63,331 nt of DNA from a virus (taxonomy: Duplodnaviria > Caudoviricetes): positions 1-63,331 of IMG/VR virus record IMGVR_UViG_3300046331_000070; one strand, given 5' to 3'. Shown here in pieces: positions 30,330-36,867 of the stretch (its first letter is position 1; every line of letters begins with the position of its first letter). A program made the translations under genes and the position numbers. The notes beneath the pieces were generated by a model. The model was not told the DNA's origin and searched no databases. It was given only the letters and a program-made list of their open reading frames with translations.

Positions 30330-30839
30330 ATGCAAATTTCAATTCGCAATTGTCCGGATAAGGCCTTCAAAGAGTATGTATTAGATGCAGCAGAATTTTA
30401 TGCAAAAGAATTGTTACCAAGTAACAGAGTAAGAAATAATTGTGCATTAAAGATTAGATTTTCAAATAAGATCGATGAATTTGGTTATGCAAGTGTATTG
30501 AAATGTAACAAATCAAACCAACCTCGTAGTTTTCTTATAGAAATACATCCAGGTATTGGTGCAAGACGAATCTTAGAAACACTAGCACATGAAATGGTTC
30601 ACGTTAAACAATATGTTAATGGTGAATTAAATGATAGATTATCTGCATGGTGTGGTGTGAAGGTAGATTCGACAAAGGTTGATTATTGGTCACACCCATG
30701 GGAGATTGATGCGTTTGGTAGAGAGACAGGTTTACTTTATAAATATGCAACATCAAGATGTTTATGGGAGATATTTGATGATTTTAGAAATCCAGAATTA
30801 CCAATTGTGTCCACTCCGATAAGGTGGTTGAGTGTATAA
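30330..30839 (+). CDS. Zincin-like metallopeptidase
   Basis: LAHEMVHVKQY (HExxH) and PWEIDA; late promoter CATAAATA at 30291. Confidence 0.75.
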   Translation: MQISIRNCPDKAFKEYVLDAAEFYAKELLPSNRVRNNCALKIRFSNKIDEFGYASVLKCNKSNQPRSFLIEIHPGIGARRILETLAHEMVHVKQYVNGELNDRLSAWCGVKVDSTKVDYWSHPWEIDAFGRETGLLYKYATSRCLWEIFDDFRNPELPIVSTPIRWLSV

Positions 30840-31346
30840 ATGAGTCATATAACACACGGCGAACACACCTACGGAACAAATTACATATCAATATATCAGT
30901 GGGGTGAAGGTTCTAAATTAAACATTGGGAAATATTGTTCTATTGCAGAGAATTGCAAGGTGTTTCTTGGTGGTAATCATAGAGTAGATTGGATATCAAC
31001 CTTCCCTTTTGATAAACAAACAGGTTCTAACGGTGATGTAAATATTGGCAATGATGTTTGGATAGGACATGGTGTTACAATCATGTCAGGTATCAACATT
31101 GGCGACGGTGCTGTTATTGCAGCAAATTCACATGTAGTCAAAAACGTAGAACCTTATGCAATTGTTGGTGGTAATCCCGCAGAGTTAATCAAATATCGTT
31201 TTGATGATACCATAACAGATTGTTTATTAAAATTGAAATGGTGGGATTTACCAGAAGATGCAAAAAATGAAATTAAAAAAGAACTAAGTGCTGTGCCAGA
31301 CCATAGTAAATTGATACGTTGGATAGAAAAATACAAAAAAAGTTAA
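30840..31346 (+). CDS. Hexapeptide-repeat (LbH) acetyltransferase, CatB/Vat-like
   Basis: IGKYCSIA, IGNDVWIG, GGNPA, KWWD. Confidence 0.85.
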   Translation: MSHITHGEHTYGTNYISIYQWGEGSKLNIGKYCSIAENCKVFLGGNHRVDWISTFPFDKQTGSNGDVNIGNDVWIGHGVTIMSGINIGDGAVIAANSHVVKNVEPYAIVGGNPAELIKYRFDDTITDCLLKLKWWDLPEDAKNEIKKELSAVPDHSKLIRWIEKYKKS

Positions 31347-31376
31347 ATATTTGTTGTTTTTTTGCGAAAAACACGC

Positions 31377-31405
31377 TTGCCAACAATAAAAGTTTACTAT
31401 ATACT
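31377..31405 (+). promoter_or_regulatory. Sigma70-type promoter of the leader and tRNA array
   Basis: TTGCCA-17 nt-TATACT. Confidence 0.65.
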
Positions 31406-31436
31406 CCTAACAAGTTAAAAAATTAAGAAAGAACAA

Positions 31437-31532
31437 ATGTTTTCCATACATAAACCCTTCGCAAGTCAACCAGAGTATCGCAATATTACATGCGATAATG
31501 GCTCATGGTCGGCGTTTGGAGTTTGTGTATAG
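31437..31532 (+). CDS. Putative attenuator leader peptide MFSIHKPFASQPEYRNITCDNGSWSAFGVCV
   Basis: 31 codons, 19 different amino acids; its 3' end forms the antiterminator strand; SD is weak. Confidence 0.65.
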   Translation: MFSIHKPFASQPEYRNITCDNGSWSAFGVCV

Positions 31533-31559
31533 ATTAAAAGTTGTTCTTAAAACTTACAC

Positions 31560-31598
31560 AAACCCAGACGACCAAAAGTTCTCTGGGTTTTTTGTTTT
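31560..31598 (+). terminator. Attenuator terminator
   Basis: AAACCCAGA/TCTGGGTTT stem followed by T-run; 5' arm can alternatively pair with 31513-31529. Confidence 0.75.
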
Positions 31599-31601
31599 AT
31601 G

Positions 31602-31654
31602 TGTTGCGTAAAAACAACAGTGTGGTTGACAAATAGAACCGGTTGTTATATAAT
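31602..31654 (+). promoter_or_regulatory. Sigma70 promoter with upstream TGTTG-N8-CAACA palindrome (copy 1)
   Basis: Palindrome 31602-31619; TTGACA at 31626, 17 nt, TATAAT at 31649. Confidence 0.8.
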
Positions 31655-31694
31655 ACGTTCTGTTGTGTTGATTTAGTAAGAAATTTAGATCAGT

Positions 31695-31768
31695 TGGGGA
31701 TTAGTTAAATGGTATAACTACGGATTTTGATTCCGTCGTTACAAGTTCGATTCTTGTATCCCCTGCCA
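31695..31768 (+). tRNA. tRNA-Gln (TTG)
   Basis: ACGGA-TTTTGAT-TCCGT; CCA. Confidence 0.9.
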
Positions 31769-31909
31769 TAATTAAGTGTTATAAGGTATCGTGTATTGAC
31801 GAATACACTATTCGGGTCCAACCGGCCGGGAACGGATCCTGACATAACTGCATCGGCTTTGGATGGGAAGCACCCAACTCTTAAATTGGCAGATAGCACT
31901 TAATTATGG
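31766..31909 (+). ncRNA. Structured RNA cassette closed by a 17-bp stem
   Basis: CCATAATTAAGTGTTAT/ATAGCACTTAATTATGG; internal hairpins GTGTATT/AATACAC and GGGTCC/GGATCC. Confidence 0.55.
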
Positions 31910-31917
31910 TAACAAAT

Positions 31918-32007
31918 GGAAGTGTGGCAGAGCCTGGTTTATTGCACCTGACTTGAAATCAGACGTATCGAAAGGTACCGTGGGTTCGAATCCTACCACT
32001 TCCGCCA
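31918..32007 (+). tRNA. tRNA-Ser (TGA)
   Basis: CTGA-CTTGAAA-TCAG; long variable arm; CCA. Confidence 0.92.
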
Positions 32008-32059
32008 GTATTAAAAATACTAAATAACAGATGACTCAACTGTTACTTAGGAAAATAAA

Positions 32060-32458
32060 ATGAATGTTAATCAAAAAGGTGTTAAAGGACTTATCAAAGT
32101 TATTGATGATTTACAAGATAGTGGTTATTATACGTTTACTGCGTTTGATGACCATTCACCAATAGATTTAATTGCTGTAGACAAACTTGGTAATTCTTAT
32201 AGACTTCAAGTGAAGTATAGAGAAAAAGATCCAAGAAAAATTAGTGAAAAATATTCAATCAACGCTTTTAGTGTTGTATCGGGCAAAAAAGTTCCAATAG
32301 ATAGAAATATGATCGATGGTTGGGCAGTTTATTTGGCCAACGTCAATCGGGTTGTTTACATTAATAAAACTCTATTAAATGATAAAGTTTGTTTAGTTAT
32401 TGACCCAAATAAGAATTATGGAGAATTGGATGAGTGGTTTAAATCGGCACCCTGCTAA
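32060..32458 (+). CDS. PD-(D/E)XK-type free-standing homing endonuclease
   Basis: KG..G, PIDLI...RLQVKY motif; inserted between two tRNA-Ser genes. Confidence 0.7.
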   Translation: MNVNQKGVKGLIKVIDDLQDSGYYTFTAFDDHSPIDLIAVDKLGNSYRLQVKYREKDPRKISEKYSINAFSVVSGKKVPIDRNMIDGWAVYLANVNRVVYINKTLLNDKVCLVIDPNKNYGELDEWFKSAPC

Positions 32459-32511
32459 GGTGTTGTGTTAGGAAACTAGCGCCGTGGGTTCAAATCCCAC
32501 ATTCTCCGCCA
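32420..32511 (+). tRNA. tRNA-Ser (GCT)
   Basis: GCACC-CTGCTAA-GGTGT; long variable arm; CCA. Confidence 0.92.
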
Positions 32512-32516
32512 GATAT

Positions 32517-32609
32517 ACTCCTGTAGTGTAACGGTAGCACGACGAGATTTATATCCTCGATTCGCTAGATGGGCGGTTAGAAAGGGTTCGAATCCCTTCG
32601 GGAGTACCA
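32517..32609 (+). tRNA. Atypical tRNA-Ile (TAT) with long variable arm
   Basis: ACTCCTG/CGGGAGT acceptor stem; CGAG(A)-TTTATAT-(C)CTCG; variable hairpin TCGCT/GGCGG; normal T-arm; CCA. Confidence 0.7.
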
Positions 32610-32625
32610 ATTTTAGAAAGTTATT

Positions 32626-32829
32626 ATGTTTAAAGTGTATTGGACAGTAATAGGACAAACCTATGGTCAAGAATTTGAAGATATGACACAAGCACTTAAT
32701 CAATGTCAAAGTTTAAGAAACAGTGGTGCAAGGTTTGTTACAATGTGTAGTGAGAATCCGGATAATGTCACAAAGATGGGCGTTGCAGAAACCGGTTCTG
32801 ACTATAATTGGAAAAAACGTAGAGTTTAA
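32626..32829 (+). CDS. Hypothetical protein
   Basis: Fills the gap between two tRNAs exactly; plausible composition. Confidence 0.6.
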   Translation: MFKVYWTVIGQTYGQEFEDMTQALNQCQSLRNSGARFVTMCSENPDNVTKMGVAETGSDYNWKKRRV

Positions 32830-32830
32830 T

Positions 32831-32907
32831 GTGGGTGTGTCGCTGAATGGTTAGGCAAAGGATTGCAAATCCTCATTATGCAGGTTCGAGTCCTGTCACC
32901 CACTCCA
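32831..32907 (+). tRNA. tRNA-Cys (GCA)
   Basis: AGGA-TTGCAAA-TCCT; U73; CCA. Confidence 0.88.
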
Positions 32908-32912
32908 AACGA

Positions 32913-32965
32913 TGTTGTGTAAAAACAACACACTGGTTGACAAATAGAATTAGATGTTATATAAT
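32913..32965 (+). promoter_or_regulatory. Sigma70 promoter with TGTTG-N8-CAACA (copy 2)
   Basis: Palindrome 32913-32930; TTGACA at 32937, 17 nt, TATAAT at 32960; near-duplicate of 31602-31683. Confidence 0.8.
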
Positions 32966-32999
32966 ACGTTCTGTTGTGTTGATTCAGTAAGAAACAAGT

Positions 33000-33061
33000 T
33001 GTTGCAGGAAAACAACAGTGTGGAAATAGAAGTTGCCAAAACGAGTGACTTCTGATATAAT
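33000..33061 (+). promoter_or_regulatory. Sigma70 promoter with TGTTG-N8-CAACA (copy 3)
   Basis: Palindrome 33000-33017; TTGCCA at 33033, 17 nt, TATAAT at 33056. Confidence 0.7.
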
Positions 33062-33107
33062 GTTGTTTCAGTAGTTGATGTTCATTAAAAATTTAAGTTT
33101 TATCAGT

Positions 33108-33182
33108 GTACCGTTAGACTTCTGGTGAGGTCACCACCCTTTCAAGGTGGCTAGATGGGATCGTAACCCATACGGTATACCA
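33108..33182 (+). tRNA. tRNA-Glu (TTC)
   Basis: CCACC-CTTTCAA-GGTGG; atypical T-loop ATCGTAA; CCA. Confidence 0.88.
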
Positions 33183-33293
33183 TATTAAAACATATTGCAT
33201 GACCGCCTCAGTGAAGGGATTCTAGAAGCCCGGTAGCGATCAATGCTTAAACATGCAGATGGGTTCGCATGGTGCAGTGTGTTTTAATATGGT
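33179..33293 (+). ncRNA. Stem-closed RNA cassette, family A
   Basis: ACCATATTAAAACATATTGCAT/GTGCAGTGTGTTTTAATATGGT, 22 bp including G-U pairs. Confidence 0.6.
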
Positions 33294-33301
33294 AATTCAA
33301 T

Positions 33302-33386
33302 GGGGATGCGGCTAAGTTGGAGAGTGGCGGCTGACTGTAAATCAGTTCTTTCGGGTGAGTAGGTTCGATTCCTTCCATCCCCACCA
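33302..33386 (+). tRNA. tRNA-Tyr (GTA)
   Basis: GCTGA-CTGTAAA-TCAGT; variable arm; CCA. Confidence 0.9.
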
Positions 33387-33450
33387 AGTTTTAATTTTTT
33401 TATAAAGGAAATTGTATGAAGCGAAAATCAAGTAAAACACGAAAACCCTC

Positions 33451-33525
33451 GGGGGTATAATTCAATGGTTAGAATATCCGGCTTTTAACCGGTCAATCAG
33501 AGTTCGAGTCTCTGTGCTCCCACCA
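33451..33525 (+). tRNA. tRNA-Lys (TTT)
   Basis: CCGG-CTTTTAA-CCGG; CCA. Confidence 0.9.
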
Positions 33526-33617
33526 ATATTAAAACATATTACTGACAATAGCGCAACGATAAGATGCCATGAGCACCTACAATAGAAGCACGATAAGATA
33601 GTATGTTTCAATATTGG
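33523..33617 (+). ncRNA. Stem-closed RNA cassette, family A, with internal tandem repeat
   Basis: CCAATATTAAAACATATTA/TAGTATGTTTCAATATTGG; loop has 2x ACAATAG-N4-ACGATAAGAT. Confidence 0.6.
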
Positions 33618-33644
33618 AAAATTATAAACAAGATTGGTGATAAT

Positions 33645-34571
33645 ATGATATTAGTTACTGGCGGCGCAGGATTTATCGGGTTAAACTTTGTAAAACATCT
33701 TTTAAAACTTAATGAAGATGTGGTTGTGGTTGACAACCTTACATATGCTAGTAATCCTAATGTTTTAATGTCGTTAAAAGTAAAACATGAATGTGTTGAC
33801 ATTGTAGATAATGTTGCATTAACATCGACACTAGATAATTATTCTTTCACTAAAATTTATCATTTTGCTGCTGAAAGTCATGTGGACAATTCAATTAATG
33901 ATGTGATGCCCTTTGTAAATTCTAATATAATCGGCACAATTAATTTATTGAATTATTTTAAAAATAAAGATGTAAAATTTATTCAGGTATCTACTGATGA
34001 GGTTTTTGGTGAAGTACCATACCCCGGCAAGTTTAATGAATATTCTAATATTGTTCCTCGTAATCCATATTCAGCAAGTAAAGCGAGTGCTGAACATTTT
34101 GTTAATGCATATAAGAATTCATATAAAATGAACACCGTTATTGTTAATAGTAGCAATAATTATGGACCGTATCAACATATTGAAAAGATGATTCCAAAAA
34201 CAATCACAAACATTATACAGAACAAAAATATTCCCGTATATGGCCAAGGCTTACAGATTCGTGATTGGATTTATGTAGAGGATACATGTGAAGCTATCTA
34301 TAAAATTTCTATGTTGGACAATAATATAGATAGATATTGTATTGGTGCTGATTATGAAATTAAAAATATCGATTTGGTTAAACGAATTGTATTAATGATG
34401 GACGCAAGCACCGATTTGATTAGTTATGTAAATGATAGACCTGGCCACGATATGCGTTACAGTACAGAAATTATTCAATTGCTACGCGATACGGACTGGC
34501 GGGTTACTCACTCATTAGATGTGGGACTTCAAAAAACAATCGAATGGTATAAAAATGAAAATAGGATTTAA
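33645..34571 (+). CDS. rmlB: dTDP-glucose 4,6-dehydratase
   Basis: GGAGFIG, AAESHVD, STDEV, YSASK, DRPGHD.RY. Confidence 0.93.
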   Translation: MILVTGGAGFIGLNFVKHLLKLNEDVVVVDNLTYASNPNVLMSLKVKHECVDIVDNVALTSTLDNYSFTKIYHFAAESHVDNSINDVMPFVNSNIIGTINLLNYFKNKDVKFIQVSTDEVFGEVPYPGKFNEYSNIVPRNPYSASKASAEHFVNAYKNSYKMNTVIVNSSNNYGPYQHIEKMIPKTITNIIQNKNIPVYGQGLQIRDWIYVEDTCEAIYKISMLDNNIDRYCIGADYEIKNIDLVKRIVLMMDASTDLISYVNDRPGHDMRYSTEIIQLLRDTDWRVTHSLDVGLQKTIEWYKNENRI

Positions 34572-35070
34572 TTGTTCAAGTTTTGATTTGTTTCATGCAG
34601 GTCATGTAACAATGTTAAAGATGGAAAAAGAATTATGTGATTATCTAATTGTGGCACTACAAGTTGATCCGACTGTCGATAGACCAGGCATTAAAAACAA
34701 ACCTACACAATCAATTTATGAACGATATGTACAATTACAATCGTGTAAGTATGTGGATGAAATATTGGTATATTCGACCGAATATGATTTACTTCAATTA
34801 TTGATGACACAAAAAATTAATATTCGTTTTTTAAGTGATGAATATCTAAACCGTGATTTTACTGGTAAACAATATTGTGTCCAGAATGGGATTGAATTGC
34901 ACTATCATAGACGTGAACACGGATATAGTTCCACAGAGTTGCGTAATCGAGTATATATACTCGAAAAGCAAAAACATGAACTGCAAGAACATGATATTGA
35001 TTTACCACAACATTCAACGGAATTAGTTGCAAAAAGTTTACCTATCATGTATGTTAAAACTGCAATATAA
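34555..35070 (+). CDS. Cytidylyltransferase (TagD-like), second copy
   Basis: FDLFHAGH, LQVDP..DRP, SSTELR. Confidence 0.85.
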   Translation: MKIGFNCSSFDLFHAGHVTMLKMEKELCDYLIVALQVDPTVDRPGIKNKPTQSIYERYVQLQSCKYVDEILVYSTEYDLLQLLMTQKINIRFLSDEYLNRDFTGKQYCVQNGIELHYHRREHGYSSTELRNRVYILEKQKHELQEHDIDLPQHSTELVAKSLPIMYVKTAI

Positions 35071-35099
35071 TCATCAGTTAATAATTATAAATGAAATTG

Positions 35100-35174
35100 G
35101 GTCTCAAAGTGTTCATGGACGCACATATGCCTGTCACGCATATAGAAGGGGATCGTTACCCCTTGAGACCGCCA
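35100..35174 (+). tRNA. tRNA-Asp (GTC)
   Basis: TATGC-CTGTCAC-GCATA; atypical T-loop ATCGTTA; G73; CCA. Confidence 0.88.
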
Positions 35175-35365
35175 GAGCAAAAGATGTCTGTGTGGTGTCT
35201 TTCGGGAATCACTAAGGTATCCAACGGTTGTAAGTGACGATGGGTGATATCGGAACTTTCAAGAATAAGTTGCAACTAATCTCGGTGCTCCCGTTCTCCC
35301 GAGTTAAAATGACTGACTGTAAGTTCTCCCTCTACGAGATAAAACTTTCAGTAATAACGGGGCCA
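35175..35365 (+). ncRNA. Candidate structured RNA ending in GCCA
   Basis: GAGCA/TGCTC-closed domain, then CCCGTT/AACGGG-closed domain followed by GCCA. Confidence 0.4.
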
Positions 35366-35381
35366 GAATTTAAAGTTTTAT

Positions 35382-35461
35382 TGCGGGATAGAGGAGTCCG
35401 GTCGTCCTCGCTAGTCTCATAAGCTAGAAATCGTGTGGTTCGAATCCCACTCCCGCAACCA
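35382..35461 (+). tRNA. tRNA-Met (CAT), initiator-like body
   Basis: TGCGGGA/TCCCGCA; CTAGT-CTCATAA-GCTAG; CCA. Confidence 0.85.
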
Positions 35462-35512
35462 AGTTTCAAATAGTTAATATATATAAATAGATTAACAAAA
35501 GGAGTTAATCAA

Positions 35513-35854
35513 ATGAATATATGTCAATGGCATCTTTGTAACAGTGAAACAAAAACAAAATTTTGCAGTACAAAATGCAAAAATAAATTTCATGTTGTAA
35601 AGAGAAGAAAAGTATTAAAGGAACAGGCTCTAACCTATATGGGTGGAAAATGTAGTATATGTGACTATGATAAATGTACATCCGCATTAGAGTTTCATCA
35701 CATAGACGAGAAAGAAAAAGATTTTGGAATCTCACAAGATGGTAATACTAGAACGTGGGAAGAAATAAAAAAAGAATTAGATAAGTGTGTTTTACTCTGT
35801 GCAAACTGCCATAGAGAAGTTCATGCTAAATTGAATAGTTTTATTCCTCAGTAG
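35513..35854 (+). CDS. HNH endonuclease
   Basis: CxxC pairs, ALEFHH, LLCANCHREVH; late promoter TATAAATA at 35482. Confidence 0.85.
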   Translation: MNICQWHLCNSETKTKFCSTKCKNKFHVVKRRKVLKEQALTYMGGKCSICDYDKCTSALEFHHIDEKEKDFGISQDGNTRTWEEIKKELDKCVLLCANCHREVHAKLNSFIPQ

Positions 35855-35919
35855 CTCAGCGGTAGAGCGACGCACTGTTAATGCGTTGGTCATTGGTTCG
35901 ATCCCAGTCTGAGGAGCCA
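35845..35919 (+). tRNA. tRNA-Asn (GTT)
   Basis: ACGCA-CTGTTAA-TGCGT; CCA. Confidence 0.92.
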
Positions 35920-35922
35920 AGT

Positions 35923-36148
35923 TTTGTAGTTTGTGTTAGATGTTGGGAAAGCAAAGCCTCGAAAACTTTGTGAAAGGGATAATCAGCGCGAATCTGGCTA
36001 AACTAGTAATCTCTGTTACTGACTATTACTGATGTGTCCATACTGGCCTACATAGTCGAAAGATTATGTGTGAGTACACCGCACCGTGCCGGACGGCTGA
36101 CGGGTGAACGATGAAGATAATAAGGACTTCATGCGAACTACAAATTCA
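35923..36148 (+). ncRNA. Large structured RNA, family B
   Basis: TTTGTAGTTTGTGT/ATGCGAACTACAAA closing stem; ACATAGTC-GAAA-GATTATGT hairpin inside. Confidence 0.55.
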
Positions 36149-36150
36149 AT

Positions 36151-36239
36151 ATCCCCCTTGCATACGGGGTACAATGTGATAAATTGTGTGCAGTCATACA
36201 GACCCCGACTTCGTATCCTCGGTCGATAAACGAGGATAC
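36151..36239 (+). ncRNA. Two adjacent H-type pseudoknot candidates
   Basis: CCCC/GGGG with loop TGCAT pairing to GTGCA; CGAC/GTCG interleaved with GTATCCTCG/CGAGGATAC. Confidence 0.45.
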
Positions 36240-36311
36240 ATATTAAAGCACATACTCGTCAATCTGGAACCGCGATGCCGAAAAGATTGGTGACAATGTG
36301 TGCTTTAATAT
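36240..36311 (+). ncRNA. Stem-closed RNA cassette, family A
   Basis: ATATTAAAGCACATA/TGTGTGCTTTAATAT; inner CAATCT/AGATTG. Confidence 0.6.
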
Positions 36312-36316
36312 AATTT

Positions 36317-36391
36317 GGGCTGTTAGTGCTAACGGGAACACATCTGGTTTGCAACCAGAAATTGAGAGTTCGATTCTCTCACGGTCCACCA
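36317..36391 (+). tRNA. tRNA-Ala (TGC)
   Basis: TCTGG-TTTGCAA-CCAGA; G3-U70; CCA. Confidence 0.9.
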
Positions 36392-36399
36392 AGTTTTAT

Positions 36400-36475
36400 G
36401 CCCCCTTAGCTCATCTGGTAGAGCACATGATTTGTAATCCTGAGGTGGTCTGTTCGAGTCAGACAGGGGGCACCA
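36400..36475 (+). tRNA. tRNA-Thr (TGT)
   Basis: Loop TTTGTAA; GCCCCCT/AGGGGGC; CCA. Confidence 0.9.
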
Positions 36476-36612
36476 GTATCCCGATTTACACTTTTGCGTG
36501 ATTAAAAGTGCGTCATTGCTAATACGATAGATGGCTCAGTTCTTATGATATTACTGCGAAGTCCCGCTACATGGGAGCCTTGAAAAATCATAGGTGTATT
36601 CAGATACCGCCA
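36476..36612 (+). ncRNA. Candidate structured RNA ending in GCCA
   Basis: GTATC/GATAC end-pairing; CACTTTT/AAAAGTG, TATGAT/ATCATA and TCCC/GGGA helices; 3' CGCCA. Confidence 0.45.
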
Positions 36613-36677
36613 AAATAACAATATCTGACGGACAGGGTAACTACTCAGTCTGGGGCTTATGGGAATAAGTAGCCAGA

Positions 36678-36787
36678 CACTTTATTAAAACATATTGTGG
36701 AGAGCACTGTATAGACTAGGAAGGTTTGACCCGACCTAATATATCACTCGGTATCCTGCGGCCGCAACAGTATGTTTTAATAAAGTG
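36678..36787 (+). ncRNA. Stem-closed RNA cassette, family A
   Basis: CACTTTATTAAAACATATTGT/ACAGTATGTTTTAATAAAGTG, 21 bp. Confidence 0.6.
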
Positions 36788-36860
36788 CGGGATTAGTTTA
36801 GGGGCAAAACTAGAGATTTCCAATCTTTCGTCATCGGTTCGATTCCGATATCCCGCTCCA
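36787..36860 (+). tRNA. tRNA-Gly (TCC)
   Basis: AGAGA-TTTCCAA-TCTTT; U73; CCA. Confidence 0.9.
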
Positions 36861-36867
36861 AGTTTAT

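Noticed and set aside
30840-31346. Antibiotic resistance gene (vat/catB)
   Set aside because: The LbH fold is shared with sugar O-acetyltransferases, and the context favours glycan modification
32517-32609. Reading this tRNA as an ochre (TTA) suppressor
   Set aside because: The CGAG/CTCG stem centres the loop on TAT
36317-36391. Second tRNA-Cys (GCA)
   Set aside because: Loop register gives TGC, and G3-U70 marks it as Ala
33179-36787. CRISPR array made of the TATTAAAACATAT repeats
   Set aside because: The repeats occur as inverted pairs, irregularly spaced and separated by tRNAs and genes; no cas genes
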